Of a stretch of 64,000 nucleotides of DNA, positions 23,101 to 35,450 are shown one piece after another. The translations under genes and the position numbers were made by a program. Below the pieces are notes generated by a model. It ran no database searches, was not told the DNA's origin, and saw only the letters and a list, made by a program, of their open reading frames with translations. Each line of letters begins with the position of its first letter. Positions within the stretch are counted from its first letter, which is position 1. This DNA comes from Macrostomum lignano (lineage: Eukaryota), in assembly GCA_002269645.1 (NCBI GenBank), contig NIVC01000695.1, forward strand, positions 124,001 to 188,000. Direction: 5' to 3'.

Positions 23101-23831
23101 GTATTTTAAACATCTTTTTTATTGCACAATTTTTTCTTTTGTGTTGCAATTTTCTAAGAACAGCCATGCCAAACCCAAAGATGACTTCGTCTTAAGTCTA
23201 TTTAAGTCGTCGTTGGCCAAACCACAAATAGTTATTGGCTATATAATTAGAATGCTGGTGTCTAGTGTTTCTCAATTGACTCAGTGAGAGACTAATACTT
23301 AGTTTTATATCGAATACAATAGTTTTTTTAAAATGTCTGACTATAAAAGGCTAATAGTCCTAGACAATGTCGGAATAATCAAGTCTACACTGCTTAGGCA
23401 GGCTAGGCCTAACTTCTAACTATTTGTTAAGCCTGCTCAAATTGCTCAATTAACAATATGTTAGGCCTAACTAATATGAATAATTGTTGTTACTTGTATG
23501 TTTTACTTTAGATACATGTACTAATTCAAGTGTAAGTTTATGTAATATTATTCCTATTGCCTTTTACCTATTGGGTAGAACCAGTAGATTATTGGGTCTA
23601 TTACTTATCCTTGCAGCCCTTGTGGTCAGTAGTTTGGATTGTGTATTAGTGTATGCTAGGTGACAGGTCTGGTAGAGGAAAATTTATAAGACTGCATTTA
23701 TATACCAGAACTAAAAATTGTTTTCAAGTATATATTTTGAAATTGTATGCTTTTTAATATTTTATTCTTGAATTTATTATTTATGCAATGGCCTAACAAA
23801 CTTAAAATTATAGAGGGCCTATGGCTACACT

Positions 23832-24107
23832 CATACATGCGCAACCCCCCTGATTTACACTGGCCATGCGACTTACTTTTTGACCAAAAATGCAACTTAC
23901 CTTTGAAAGAAACCCTAAAGCAAAATAAACGCTTATTTGGGTAAACGGCAGGAGTAACTATGACTGTCTTATCAGGCCTAAATGCCTTGGCATCTAATTA
24001 GTATTACGTCCGTATTTTTTGGGGTGGCATTTTTGCGACTTACCCCTGGTCCACCACAATTTACGGTGGCCAGATCGGCCAGGTCGGCCAGCAGTTGCGC
24101 ATGTATG
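23832..24107 (-). mobile_element. 276-bp hAT MITE, same family as 9390-11585, opposite orientation
   Basis: Same 14-bp TIRs; perfect 8-bp TSD GCTACACT (23824-23831, 24108-24115); both subterminal regions match. Confidence 0.92.
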
Positions 24108-25204
24108 GCTACACTTTTGCAACGTGCACTGAGAAAAGACTATCAAATACCCTTAGTCTGCAGCCATAATCTAGATCATGCTGGGTGCACACCCAAACAA
24201 AAATTGAATAATTACAAATGTATGTCAAAAAAATGTAGTGCATGCCCATGGGCCATTCTCAAAAATATGCTAGTGTTGTGACAATAAAACACCTTTTTTA
24301 CATTATGACAATAAAATACCTTTTTTAAATTGCCTAATAGACCTTTTTTTAGGTAGTAATATTTATAGTGGAAAATTTATGCATGTAGATTTGTTTAAAT
24401 GCTCTTTTACAAGCTTACAAAAAACAGAAAGCTAGAAATTTGCACTTGAAATGAACTTTTTCATCTTTCTTCAACTTCACAATAACTCTTACATGTGATT
24501 CTATAAATTGCATGCCAGATATGGATATGCACGCATACTATTTTCTCAGGAGTGATGCATGCCAACTATGCACACCTAATTTTGGCATGCAAGGCCAATG
24601 TATGCCCCAATTTTTGGGCATTTACTACATGATCTAGAGTGTAGGTTTGCAGCTAGATAGGTCTTAGCTATTTTTTTCCAGTGCCCAATAGGTGCTTTGC
24701 TAACCCTTGTGCCAGCATCTATTTAATAATAATAATAATAATTGTGCTTTATATAGCCATTCTTTTACTAGGGCCTACTTAAATAAAATAAACTTGTTTA
24801 AAATGACTAAAAACCTTTTGGATAACTTTCTGAACCTTTTGAGACAAAAATCATTGAACTATGGCCTTAGTCTTTTTAGCAGCTAAGCTGATTATAATCT
24901 ATTCAATGTATGAATAACTGGGTACCTATAGACTCATATAAGCCCTCAACTTTTTTCTATGATTTGGCTTGTTTTACTTTTGTATCCCAAGTCTAAGTTT
25001 TTTAGTTGTTTCTAGTCTTGCCCTTGCCTATTAATATTAGCCTAGTCTTTGAATTGTTTACTATTGCATATAATATAAAAATTTGATGACAATGAAAGCT
25101 TGAGCAAAGGCAATAGTTTGCTGGCTTGAATATCTGAGCTTTTCAGAAGAAAAGAACTTAAGGAGTTAGAATATTTGGTCTTACATTTATTTATAGTTGT
25201 ATTG

Positions 25205-26737
25205 TAGTGATGGATCAAAATTATTTTTCAAATCAAAATCAAAATCAAAATTTTTGGTTCCTTAGAATCGAAATTGAAATTGAAATTGAAATCAAAATCA
25301 AAATCAAAATTTTTGAGCTTAACAAATTTTTACTTTTTCGCTAATCATGCAAAAAGGTTAACACCTTGCCTCTGCATGTATGAGCTTACATGTTTTATAA
25401 AAAGTATCTTTGATATGTTTAAACCAGAATACTTAAGATTTAACTTACTTTAAAAAATGAAATAGAAAATGCTAGTGGCTCATTCCATATAAGATGGACA
25501 TATTTGGAAAATAGAAAAAAGTCAATATTTTTGCTTGCCATTGCCTAATTAGCCTATTTTTTTACCAAATGTTTATATTTTGCAATATATACAATCTAAG
25601 AATAAAGGAATGGTAAAATGTTGGATTAATATGTTATCAATTGGCAAAAAGTCATTTTTGTAAAAATTTGGACATTTTTCGAAGCAAAAGACATCATTAA
25701 GATTTTGTACCTTTTAAAAACAAATAGAAAGCTTTTGAGGTTGAAACAAACTATAGATAAAAGTATAGTACTTGCATCATCAGATAAAAGCATTGGTGAC
25801 CAAATAATCTATTATATTTTTAATGTATTAGTACCTCGAAGTTACTGAATTGACAGAAAAAAATATGTTACAACCATAATGTTACAACCATAAGGCTGCC
25901 TTTTCTTTTGTATCTTTGTTGCCTTTTGAGTTTATATATTCTAATAAAAGAGTATGATTTCTAAAGATGTTCTTAGTCAAATTTTAAAAATGTATTGCAA
26001 AATATCAAAAATGAAAAATGTTATAAGACTTTTACCTTTTAGTTTCTATATGTCAAAAATCCTGTTGTTACGACCATAAGTGTCATTTAAGGTTTAATAG
26101 CATCTATACTAATGATGATATCTATATGAAACTCTATAAATATATTCTAGACAAAATAATCTTTCATTTAAAATATTGGTTTAGTATATTCTATTATTAG
26201 ATTTCATTTTATAAGTAAAAATAACCTGTCATGTTACGACCATGCTTATATGGAATGAGCCTAGTGTATTATATATTATACACTCGTACATAGAAATATA
26301 GAAGTTGTATTATATTTCACCGCTATTTAAGCTGAAGATCTAGATATGAGTAGCCTATATCCATTTCATTAAGGCTTTAAGTCTTTAGCCAATTAAAATG
26401 CACGCTGACGAGTTCAGCCAGTGGGCTTGTGGAGGTTGAGGTGGGTGCAGCACAAGGCCTGGAACAGTGTGTGCCCCGCACAATCTTTTCTTGTAGAAAA
26501 GGCGATTCTCACCTCCCTACTAAGTCTTTGAACCGCACTTCCTTTGACTTTCTAAGGATTTTATTACTTGTGTAGCATGATCATCAATGTCTAAATTGTT
26601 AAAATAAAACCAAAATTTCGAAATGATTTTTGATAAATGGTGTCAAAATTCAAAATCAAAATCAAAATTAATTTGATGCAAAATTAGTTTCAAAATTCGG
26701 AATATCAAAATCAAAATCAAATTTCGATCCATCACTA
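25205..26737. mobile_element. Non-autonomous hAT-like element with TCAAAA subterminal repeats
   Basis: TIR TAGTGATGGATC / GATCCATCACTA; 8-bp TSD TTGTATTG / TTATATTG (1 mismatch); (TCAAAA)n near both ends. Confidence 0.8.
25477..26261. mobile_element. 785-bp MITE nested in the hAT-like element; superfamily unassigned
   Basis: 17-bp perfect TIR GGCTCATTCCATATAAG; 4-bp TSD TAGT on both sides. Confidence 0.82.
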
Positions 26738-27466
26738 TTATATTGCATACAACCGGAATATTCTGAAAATTTCATTGATTAAAACAAAGTTTTTGCATCA
26801 GTACTAATATGTAATGCTACAGTAAAAATGCAATATTAAATTCAACTAATAAAAATTCTATAATCAGGATTTTAAAGTAAAATTAACACTTAATTGAATT
26901 TAGGAAATTTCTTAAATGAACTTAATCTTCACACTAAAAAAAGTATTTTCTAGAGGATTCTATTCTAAAAATAAATCTAGCGAACATGTACTTTCTAAAT
27001 GTGAATACCCTTTTTGCATGTGTACACTTTTCCAGTGTACACTAAAAAATGCCTCTTTTGTTATAGTATATCAATGGTATGCCACCTTTTAAACAAAATA
27101 TTTACTATAACATCTTACAAAAAGCAACAATGTTATTCCAACAAATTTTAAACAGATAAAAAATTAGGTTTATATTAAGTCCCTGATTCTTTATTTAAGT
27201 GTTTTTATATTGAAAATAAAATATATTTATCTTAACTATAGCCTTCTCTAATTCTTATCCCAATATGCATATAGTGTTAAACACAAAAAATAGTGTCAAA
27301 CATATTTTTCTTTGTTGTCTAAGTTCCCAATTTTATCTAGGGACTTAAGAGCTTCTCTCATATCTTAAATTTAGCCAAAGCGACTTAACAAACTATTAGT
27401 ATTACCAAAGTAACAAGTAAGTAGTAGGCCTAGTATAGCCCTACCTATCAGTATGGCTATGCCAAT

Positions 27467-27801
27467 GGGGGGCCTTAGCCCAATGGTCTAGCGCAAGCTC
27501 TGGTGTGCCAGCGACCTAGGCTCAATTCCAAGTGCAGTCACATTAATTTGAGGCCAAATTGGAATCTGGGCTTGGCTCTGCTCATGCAATTAATGGCCTT
27601 GAGAGCCACCCCCCCCCAGGCACAGTGAAGTGTACATGCCTAACAATAAAATAAAGTTAGGGCCACTGTACACTCCTGTATGAGTGTGTGCCTGCATAAG
27701 TATCCTTGTCAGCGGAATGAGCAGTAATGCCTCTTGCTAGTTGTGTGCCCATATTGCTTAAAGTATGCCAGGGTGCACACAACCCCTGCCTCTAATAAAA
27801 A
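27467..27801 (+). mobile_element. Intact tRNA-derived SINE (~335 bp)
   Basis: GGGGGGCCTTAGCCCAATGG (A box), GGCTCAATTCC (B box), AATAAAAA tail; perfect 14-bp TSD ATGGCTATGCCAAT (27453-27466, 27802-27815). Confidence 0.9.
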
Positions 27802-28683
27802 ATGGCTATGCCAATAGTAGGCTTAGACATTATTTCTAAACATGGTTATAGTTTGTCTTTAGATTGATTGTTAATTTTAAAATAACAATCTAATTATAAT
27901 ATTTTTATATAATATATTATAGTGCCTACTTAAATTTATTGCAAATTGTTTTACTTCTATGTCTATTGCCATTGTCATCTGTATAATAAAGGGTTTACAA
28001 TGCACTTAGAATATAATCAAGTCATATACTATGCTAAGGTTTCATATATACACGATATATATCTTTTAGGCAAATTTGTTATAAAACAACATTGTCTTTT
28101 AAACTAACTTGTATATCTAGATATATGATTTCTAGATATTTTTCAAATATGGTACAAAATTGAAAGTCAGGCATAGCTAAAAAGTATAAATTCTTAAAAC
28201 TAAGTTCAATAAAGTTCTATAAATAAACAAGTTTGTCAAGGATAATATTTTATATTCAAATTTTAGGTACATAGTCATACAGCTATTTTTCTCTTATTTT
28301 TTTAACTATAATATCTATTTTTGGTGCAATACTATTAACTAAAATTTCTGGTTTCTCTTTGGTTTTACATAGCTTTTATGGGCAAAAGCATAGAAATAGT
28401 CCATAGATAATGTATAAATGACACAAATAGCATATAGATTGCCTTCCAAAAAATATTCAAGTGCATGCTGTTATCTTCCTAACAAGGTAATAATATAGCT
28501 ATCACTTATTACTAGGTCTCATATGTTTATTGTACTAGGAGAATGGCTAAGACTGCATTTTTATCTTAACTTTAACCCTTATTATCCCAACTACAAAGCA
28601 GGTGTATAGTGTGGAAAATCTGTTATTTGAACTTTGAGTCCTTAATTCCAAGGGCTTAAAAGCTTCTCTAGGCCCCCTTTATA

Positions 28684-29157
28684 GGGCCATATGCAGAAAG
28701 CTCTGTCTAGGGTAGTCTGTTCTTGAAAAGCTAGTCTGGACTTGGATTTGGTATGCAGAAACACAAAGACTAGGCTACTATAGACAGAATGGGCCATATG
28801 CAGAAAGCTTACTCCAGATTAGCTAGTCTAGACTTGGGTAGTTCAGTCTATAGTCTATGGTCTAGCTAGCCTAGTTCTGTCTCTAGTAGACTGGTCTAAC
28901 TTTGTGTTTCTGCATACCAAATCCAAGTCCAGACTAGCTTTTCAAGACCGGACTACCCTAGACAGAGCTTTCTGCATAACGGCCCAACTAGGATAGCTAG
29001 ACCATAGACTATAGACTGAACTACCCAAGTCTGGACTAGCTAGTCTGGACTAAGCTTTCTGCATATGGCCCAACTAGGGTAGCTAGACCATAGACTATAG
29101 ACTGAACTACCCAAGTCTTGACTAGCTAGTCTGGACTAAGCTTTCTGCATACGGCCC
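28684..29157. mobile_element. Rearranged foldback/Tourist-like MITE with five GGGCCATATGCAGAAAGC termini
   Basis: Arm A 28684-28790 is inverted at ~28870-28985; arm B 28791-28870 is inverted twice (28986-29071, 29072-29157); the whole structure is flanked by ATA on both sides. Confidence 0.75.
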
Positions 29158-29491
29158 ATAGTCTCCAACTCTATGGACTTCAAAGCTTCAAACTCTGGCA
29201 CTATAGTCAAGAAGATGGCACAGTACCAGATTTGGAAAAAATCTATATATTGTCTTCTGTGCACTATTTCTATGCTTATAAATTCTATCTAATAAAACAC
29301 AGAAATTAACATTTTAGAACTGTAACCCACATTAACAAACAATTATATATCTTTACGAAAAAATAGCCAAAAAAAGTTTATGCCAATTGCATCAAGGCCC
29401 CTTGTATGCATATAGCCTTGCATTAAAAATGAAAACATTTTAATCCTAATTAGATTAGATTCAAAAGTGCTTAATAACCCAAGGTGTCAAA

Positions 29492-30080
29492 ATGGGTCTC
29501 ATGCTTGCAGTGATGGACGACTCCAATGCTAGCAGCAGCTCTCCGCCCCTGTCCAGCAAAGACCCGTCCGACTGCTTAGAGAAGGAGCGCTACGCCAGGG
29601 AGAGTCACTGCGAGATTGAGCGTCGCAGACGGAACAAAATGACGGCTTATATTAACGAACTGTGCGACATGGTGCCCAGTTGTACCAGTTTAGCTCGCAA
29701 ACCGGATAAACTCACTATTCTAAGAATGGCCGTCACCCATATGAAAGGTCTTAGAGGCGTTGGCAACACTGGCATAGGCGGCTCGGACGCTTATAAACCA
29801 TCGTTTCTCAGCGATCAAGAGTTGAAGCACCTCATACTGGAGGCGGCCGATGGCTTCCTGTTTGTTTGCCAATGCGACACTGGTCAGATTGTCTACGTTA
29901 GCGACTCTGTAGGGCCCGTGCTAGGTTGCTCCCAGGCCGACTGGCTGCAGCGGAGTCTCTACGATCTGGTGCATCCCGACGACTGCGAACGGATTCGAGA
30001 TCAATTGTCGCCCACCGATGCAGCTGGGGCAAGGATACTCGATCTCAAAACTGGCACCGTGAAGAAGGACGGCCATCACG
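29492..30080 (+). CDS. ARNT: ARNT/tango exon 1 (bHLH plus PAS-A start)
   Basis: [66 protein letters not shown]; donor G|GTTAGT. The start is uncertain because an acceptor TTGCAG at 29505-29510 could bring in an upstream leader. Confidence 0.95.
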
Positions 30081-30099
30081 GTTAGTGCTGGGTGACTTT

Positions 30100-31545
30100 G
30101 TCGGTGTCAAATGGTGTCACCTTATGTGTCAGGTGGTGTCACCTCAGGAGTGTCAGATGGTGTCACTTCAGGATGGTGTCACCTCAGGAGTGTCAGATAG
30201 TGTCACCTCAGGAGTGTCAGGTGGTGTCACCTCAGGAGTGTCAGATGGTGTCACCTCAGGAGTGTCAGGTGGTGTCACCTCAGGAGTGTCAGATGGTGTC
30301 ACCTCAGGAGTGTCAGGTGGTGTCACCTCAGGAGTTTCAGATGATGTCACCTCAGGAGTGTCAGATGGTGTCACCTCAGGAGTGTCAGATGGTGTCACCT
30401 CAGGAGTGTCAGATGGTGTCACCTCAGGAGTGTCAGATGGTGTCACCTCAGGATGGTGTCACATCAGGAGTGTCAGGTGGTGTCACCTTGAGTGTCAGGT
30501 GGTGTCACCTCAGGAGTGTCAGATGGTGTTACTTCAGGATGGTGTCACCTCAGGAGTGTCAGATAGTGTCACCTCAGTAGTGTCAAATAGTGTCGCCTCA
30601 GGAGTGTCAGATGGTGTCACCTCAGGAGTGTCAGATGGTGTCACCTCAGGAGTGTCAGGTGGTGTCACCTCAGGAGTGTCAGATGGTGTCACCTCAGGAG
30701 TGTCAGATGGTGTCACCTCAGGAGTGTCAGATGGTGTCACCTCAGGAGTGTCAGATGGTGTCACCTCAGGAGTGTCAGATGGTGTCACCTCAGGATGGTG
30801 TCACATCAGGAGTGTCAGGTGGTGTCACCTTGAGTGTCAGGTGGTGTCACCTCAGGAGTGTCAGATGGTGTTACTTCAGGATGGTGTCACCTCAGGAGTG
30901 TCAGATAGTGTCACCTCAGGAGTGTCAAATAGTGTCGCCTCAGGAGTGTCAGATGGTGTCACCTCAGGAGTGTCAGATGGTGTCACCTCAGGAGTGTCAG
31001 GTGGTGTCACCTCAGGAGTGTCAGATGGTGTCACCTCAGGAGTGTCAGATGGTGTCACCTCAGGAGTGTCAGATGGTGTCACCTCAGGATGGTGTCACAT
31101 CAGGAGTGTCAGGTGGTGTCACCTCAGGAGTGTCAGGTGGTGTCACCTCAGGATGGTGTCACATCAGGAGTGTCAGGTGGTGTCACCTTGAGTGTCAGGT
31201 GGTGTCACCTCAGGAGTGTCAGATGGTGTCACCTTGAGTGTCAGATGGTGTCACCTCAGGAGTGTCAGGTGGTGTCACCTCAGGAGTGTCAGATGGTGTC
31301 ACCTCAGGAGTGTCAGATGGTGTCACCTCAGGATGGTGTCACATCAGGAGTGTCAGGTGGTGTCACCTCAGGATGGTGTCACATCAGGAGTGTCAGGTGG
31401 TGTCACCTTGAGTGTCAGGTGGTGTCACCTCAGGAGTGTCAGATGGTGTCACCTTGAGTGTCAGATGGTGTCACCTTGAGTGTCAGATGGTATAACATCA
31501 GGGATTTCAGATGGTGTCACCACAGAAGTTTCAACTGGTGTCACT
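30100..31545. repeat. 24-bp minisatellite (GGTGTCACCTCAGGAGTGTCAGAT) with higher-order blocks, ARNT intron 1
   Basis: Visible array; source of the DGVTSGVS and SPQECQMV ORFs. Confidence 0.95.
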
Positions 31546-31640
31546 TTCTGGATTAGAAAGTTGATGTTGGTTAACTCAAACATCTATGACCTCCACAATG
31601 CACCCTACACGCAGCCCCCCCCCCCAACTATATTTGGCAG

Positions 31641-31909
31641 CCCAAATGCGCAGCACAATGGGCGCCAGGCGCGCTTTTATCTGCCGGATGCGTGTTGGCG
31701 CGGGCGGTCCCGCTGCAGCGGCCTCGGCCGGCGCGGTGAACAGCCTCTCTGATCCAATGTCGGCTGCGGCTTGTCCCCAGCAGTCCCTGCCGACTGTTCG
31801 CATGAGGCAGCGCAACATGCTCGGCCCCTGTCCAGACGGGCATCATTACGCTGTTACTCACGTGACAGGCTATTTGAAGAATTGGCCAAGTCATCAGCAT
31901 CAGCAGCGG
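31641..31909 (+). CDS. ARNT: ARNT exon 2
   Basis: TGGCAG|CC phase 1; MGARRAFICRMR...YAVTHVTGYLKNWP; CGG|GTAAAA. Confidence 0.88.
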
Positions 31910-32059
31910 GTAAAATATAGTTCCAAGAAAGCTTAGCCTTAATCTGTTTTCTGCTTTAAGTTTCTTATAAATATAGATTCTCTTGAAAATTACGTGTCAA
32001 TCTCCAAGAAACTTGGATTTAGTTTTCAAAAGTAACTTGCTGTTGTTTTCCAATAAACT

Positions 32060-32710
32060 CCTGTTGATACTTAAGAAACTCGAGTGTTGGTTTCTCGGAA
32101 AATGGCGTCTCGGTTTCCATGAAACTTCCAAGGAGTTTGGGTTTCTAAGAAAATCTAGTGTCGCTTTCTAAGAAAATCGTGTGTTGATACCTAAGAAACT
32201 CGAGTGCCGGATTCTAAGAAAAATGGCGTCTCTGTTTCAAAGATAAAAGTACTTTTTTAAACAATTTAAGACACACCAAACTTGTGTCGGTTTCTAAGAA
32301 AATCTAGTGTCGGTTTCTTAGAAAATCTAGTGTCGGTTTCTAAGAAAATCGTGTGTTGATACCTAAGAAACTCGAGTGCCGGTTTCTAAGAAAAATGGCG
32401 TCTCTGTTTCAAAGAAACTTGTGTCGGTTTCTAAGAAAATCGAGTGTCGCTTTCTAAGAAAATCGTGTGTTGATACCCAAGAAACTCGAGTGCCGGTTTC
32501 TAAGAAAAATGGCGTCTCTGTTTCAAAGAAACTTGTGTCGGTTTCTAAGAAAATCGAGTGTCGGTTTCTTGGAAAATCTAGTGTCGCTTTCTAAGAAAAT
32601 CGTGTGTTGATACCTAAGAAACTCGAATGCCGGTTTCTAGGAAAAATGGCGTCTCGGTTTCCAAGAAATTTGTGTCGGTTTCTAAAAAAATTGCGTGCCA
32701 GTTTCTAATA
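32060..32710. repeat. ~23-bp degenerate repeat (GTTTCTAAGAAAATCTAGTGTCG) in ~115-bp higher-order units, ARNT intron 2
   Basis: Visible recurring units. Confidence 0.85.
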
Positions 32711-32740
32711 AACTGATTTAATTTTCCTCGGCACAAACAG

Positions 32741-32947
32741 GGCAACGTACACGCGCCCATGGCGGAGGACGTGCACCAGCTTCATCATCAGCATCAGCAC
32801 TATCAGCAGCTTCACCAGCACCCTCATTCTGCCGGCTCGTCGGCATCGACATCCGGAGAATCAACCGTCGGCGGCGGCGTCGGAAGCGGCAGCGGCAGCG
32901 GCGGAGCAGGCGGGCATCAGTGCCTGGTTGGCATTGCCAGACTGCAG
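32741..32947 (+). CDS. ARNT: ARNT exon 3 (His/Gln/Gly-rich linker, end of PAS-A)
   Basis: AAACAG|GGC phase 0; ends QCLVGIARLQ (ARNT CLVAIGRLQ); CAG|GTTAGC. Confidence 0.88.
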
Positions 32948-33041
32948 GTTAGCAACACTACTACTTATTAGTAATAATTAATAACTAATAATTAATAAAT
33001 AATAGACTAACGGGCCGTTCATCTCGTTACCGCTGTGTCAG

Positions 33042-33218
33042 GTGACGTCACTCCCTGGCGGTCCCGGAGGCAGCGGCAGCGACCTGAGCGCGCACAGTCA
33101 GCACGAGTTCGTGGCCAGGCTGTCTGCCGACTCCCGCATCAGCTTCTGCGACCAGCGCACGGCTAACGTGTTGGGCTACCAGCCGCACGAGTTGCTGGGC
33201 AAATTGTTCTTTGATTTG
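33042..33218 (+). CDS. ARNT: ARNT exon 4 (PAS-B first half)
   Basis: TGTCAG|GTG; VTSLP...EFVARL...FCDQR...LGYQPHELLGK; TTG|GTGAGT. Confidence 0.9.
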
Positions 33219-33349
33219 GTGAGTTTAAGTAGCCTTTAAAATGCTACTGATGTCGCTTAAGGATACAGGATAAAAGTACTTTTTTAACACTAACCACTTT
33301 TTTAACTTTAATAACACTGAGAAACCTTTTTGGTTTGTTAAAGTTAACA

Positions 33350-33562
33350 CGAGCCCTAATCACCATAACACCAACCATAATCACCATAACACCAACCCGA
33401 ATCACCATAACACCAACTCCAATCACCATAACACCAACTTCAATCACCATAACACCAACCCTAATCACCATAACACCAACCCGAATCACCATAACACCAA
33501 CCCGAATCACCATAACACCAACCCGAATCACTATAACACCAACCCTAATCACCATAACCTCC
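33350..33562. repeat. 21-bp minisatellite (AATCACCATAACACCAACCCG), ARNT intron 4
   Basis: About 10 copies; open in frame with exon 5 but lies upstream of the acceptor at 33574. Confidence 0.9.
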
Positions 33563-33574
33563 AATCCCACCCAG

Positions 33575-34174
33575 GTGGCCACGCCCGAGGAGCAAGCGGC
33601 GCTCAGGTCTGCATTTGACTCGGCCGCCTCCGCCAAAGGCGCACCCCAGACAGCTCTGGTCCGCCTGACTACTGGTGCCAATCAGACTGAGCCCGTTCTG
33701 CTCCGCTGCTGCCTGGCAGCATTTCACAATCCTTACTCCGGCGAGTTCGAGTTCTTTGTCTGCACCTGTACATCGGCTAAGAGCTTGCACGATGCTCAGC
33801 AGGCGGCAGCTAATCAGTTCTACAGGTACGAGTCTTCTGCTTCTGCTGCTCCAACGAACGCAACCGATGAGACAACGCCTGTGGCTCAACAAGCCGCTGG
33901 TTCCAGTCAGCAGATTGTATCCGACAATAATTCCATGTGGTTTAGCAGCAGTGCCACCGAAGATTATTGTTGGACATCTGCTTCTTATCAGCCCTACCAG
34001 CAGCAGCTTCAGCCCCAGCCTGGTGAATTTCATCATCCTGACGATCGACAGCTGATGCTTATGCAGCAGCAACAGCAACATCATGAGTATTACACAGCTG
34101 CCTATGGTCACAGCATGCCAATGATGATGTCCTATCAGCAGCATTCCGCTGGCACTGATCCTTCCTTGCCCTAG
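33575..34174 (+). CDS. ARNT: ARNT exon 5 (PAS-B/PAC plus Gln-rich tail, stop); total CDS 1842 nt, 613 aa
   Basis: ACCCAG|GTG; AFHNPYSGEFEFFVCT resembles FQNPYSDEIEYIICT; TAG at 34172-34174. Confidence 0.9.
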   Translation: MATPEEQAALRSAFDSAASAKGAPQTALVRLTTGANQTEPVLLRCCLAAFHNPYSGEFEFFVCTCTSAKSLHDAQQAAANQFYRYESSASAAPTNATDETTPVAQQAAGSSQQIVSDNNSMWFSSSATEDYCWTSASYQPYQQQLQPQPGEFHHPDDRQLMLMQQQQQHHEYYTAAYGHSMPMMMSYQQHSAGTDPSLP

Positions 34175-34269
34175 TAGATTTTTGTAGCCTCTACCGCCAC
34201 CAATTCCTGCCCTTTTTTAACTCGCTAGTGCCATTTTTAAGTGGCTATCTTGTTGTCATTTTGAACTTA

Positions 34270-35416
34270 ACTCTGTCATTTTGACTCCTATCTATCCCTG
34301 CCATTTTGACTCCTCTATCTATCCCTGCCATTTTGACTCCTCTATCTATCCCTGCCATTTTGACTCCTCTATCTATCCCTGCCATTTTGACTCCTCTATT
34401 TATCCCTGCCATTTTGACTCCTCTATCTATCCCTGCCATTTTGCATCCTCTATCTATCCCTGCCATTTTGACTCCTCTATCTATCCCTGCCATTTTGACT
34501 CCTCTATCTATCCCTGCAATTTTGCATCCTCTATCTATCCCTGCCATTTTGACTCCTCTATCTATCCCTGCCATTTTGACTCCTCTATTTATCCCTGCCA
34601 TTTTGACTCCTCTATCTATCCCTGCCATTTTGACTCCTCTATCTATCCCTGCCATTTTGACTCCTCTATTTATCCCTGCCATTTTGAATCCTCTATCTAT
34701 CCCTGCCATTTTGACTCCTCTATCTATCCCTGCCATTTTGAATCCTCTATCTATCCCTGCCATTTTGACTCCTCTATCTATCCCTGCCATTTTGACTCCT
34801 CTATCTATCCCTGCCATTTTGACTCCTCTATCTATCCCTGCCATTTTGACTCCTCTATCTATCCCTGCCATTTTGACTCCTCTATCTATCCCTGCCATTT
34901 TGCATCCTCTATCTATCCCTGCCATTTTGACTCCTCTATCTATCCCTGCCATTTTGAATCCTCTATCTATCCCTGCCATTTTGCATCCTCTATCTATCCC
35001 TGCCATTTTGACTCCTCTATTTATCCCTGCCATTTTGACTCTTCTATCTATCCCTGCCATTTTGACTCCTCTATCTATCCCTGCCATTTTGACTCCTCTA
35101 TCTATCCCTGCCATTTTGACTCCTCTATCTATCCCTGCCATTTTGACTCCTCTATCTGTCCCTGCCATTTTGACTCCTCTATCTATCCCTGCCATTTTGA
35201 CTCCTCTATCTATCCCTGCCATTTTGACTCCTCTATCTATCCCTGCCATTTTGACTCCTCTATCTATCCCTGTGATTTTGACTCCTCTATCTATCCCTGC
35301 CATTTTGACTCCTCTATTTATCCCTGCCATTTTGACTCCTCTATCTATCCCTGCCATTTTGACTCCTCTATCTATCCCTGCCATTTTGACTCCTCTATCT
35401 ATCCCTGCCATTTTGA
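34270..35416. repeat. 27-bp minisatellite (TATCCCTGCCATTTTGACTCCTCTATC), ~42 copies
   Basis: Visible array; explains the MAGIDRGVK ORFs. Confidence 0.96.
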
Positions 35417-35444
35417 GGCAAGATAGTTCAATGATACAGCAACT

Positions 35445-35450
35445 AATAAA
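35445..35450 (+). terminator. Candidate ARNT polyadenylation signal AATAAA
   Basis: First AATAAA I found after the ARNT stop; followed by a T/GT-rich stretch. Confidence 0.45.

Noticed and set aside
13381-27545. tRNA-like sequences at 7354-7405, 13381-13432, 14020-14094, 19860-19925 and 27467-27545 as tRNA genes
   Set aside because: No intact cloverleaf or acceptor stem; they continue into SINE bodies (one with a TSD) or sit inside Helitron-like elements.
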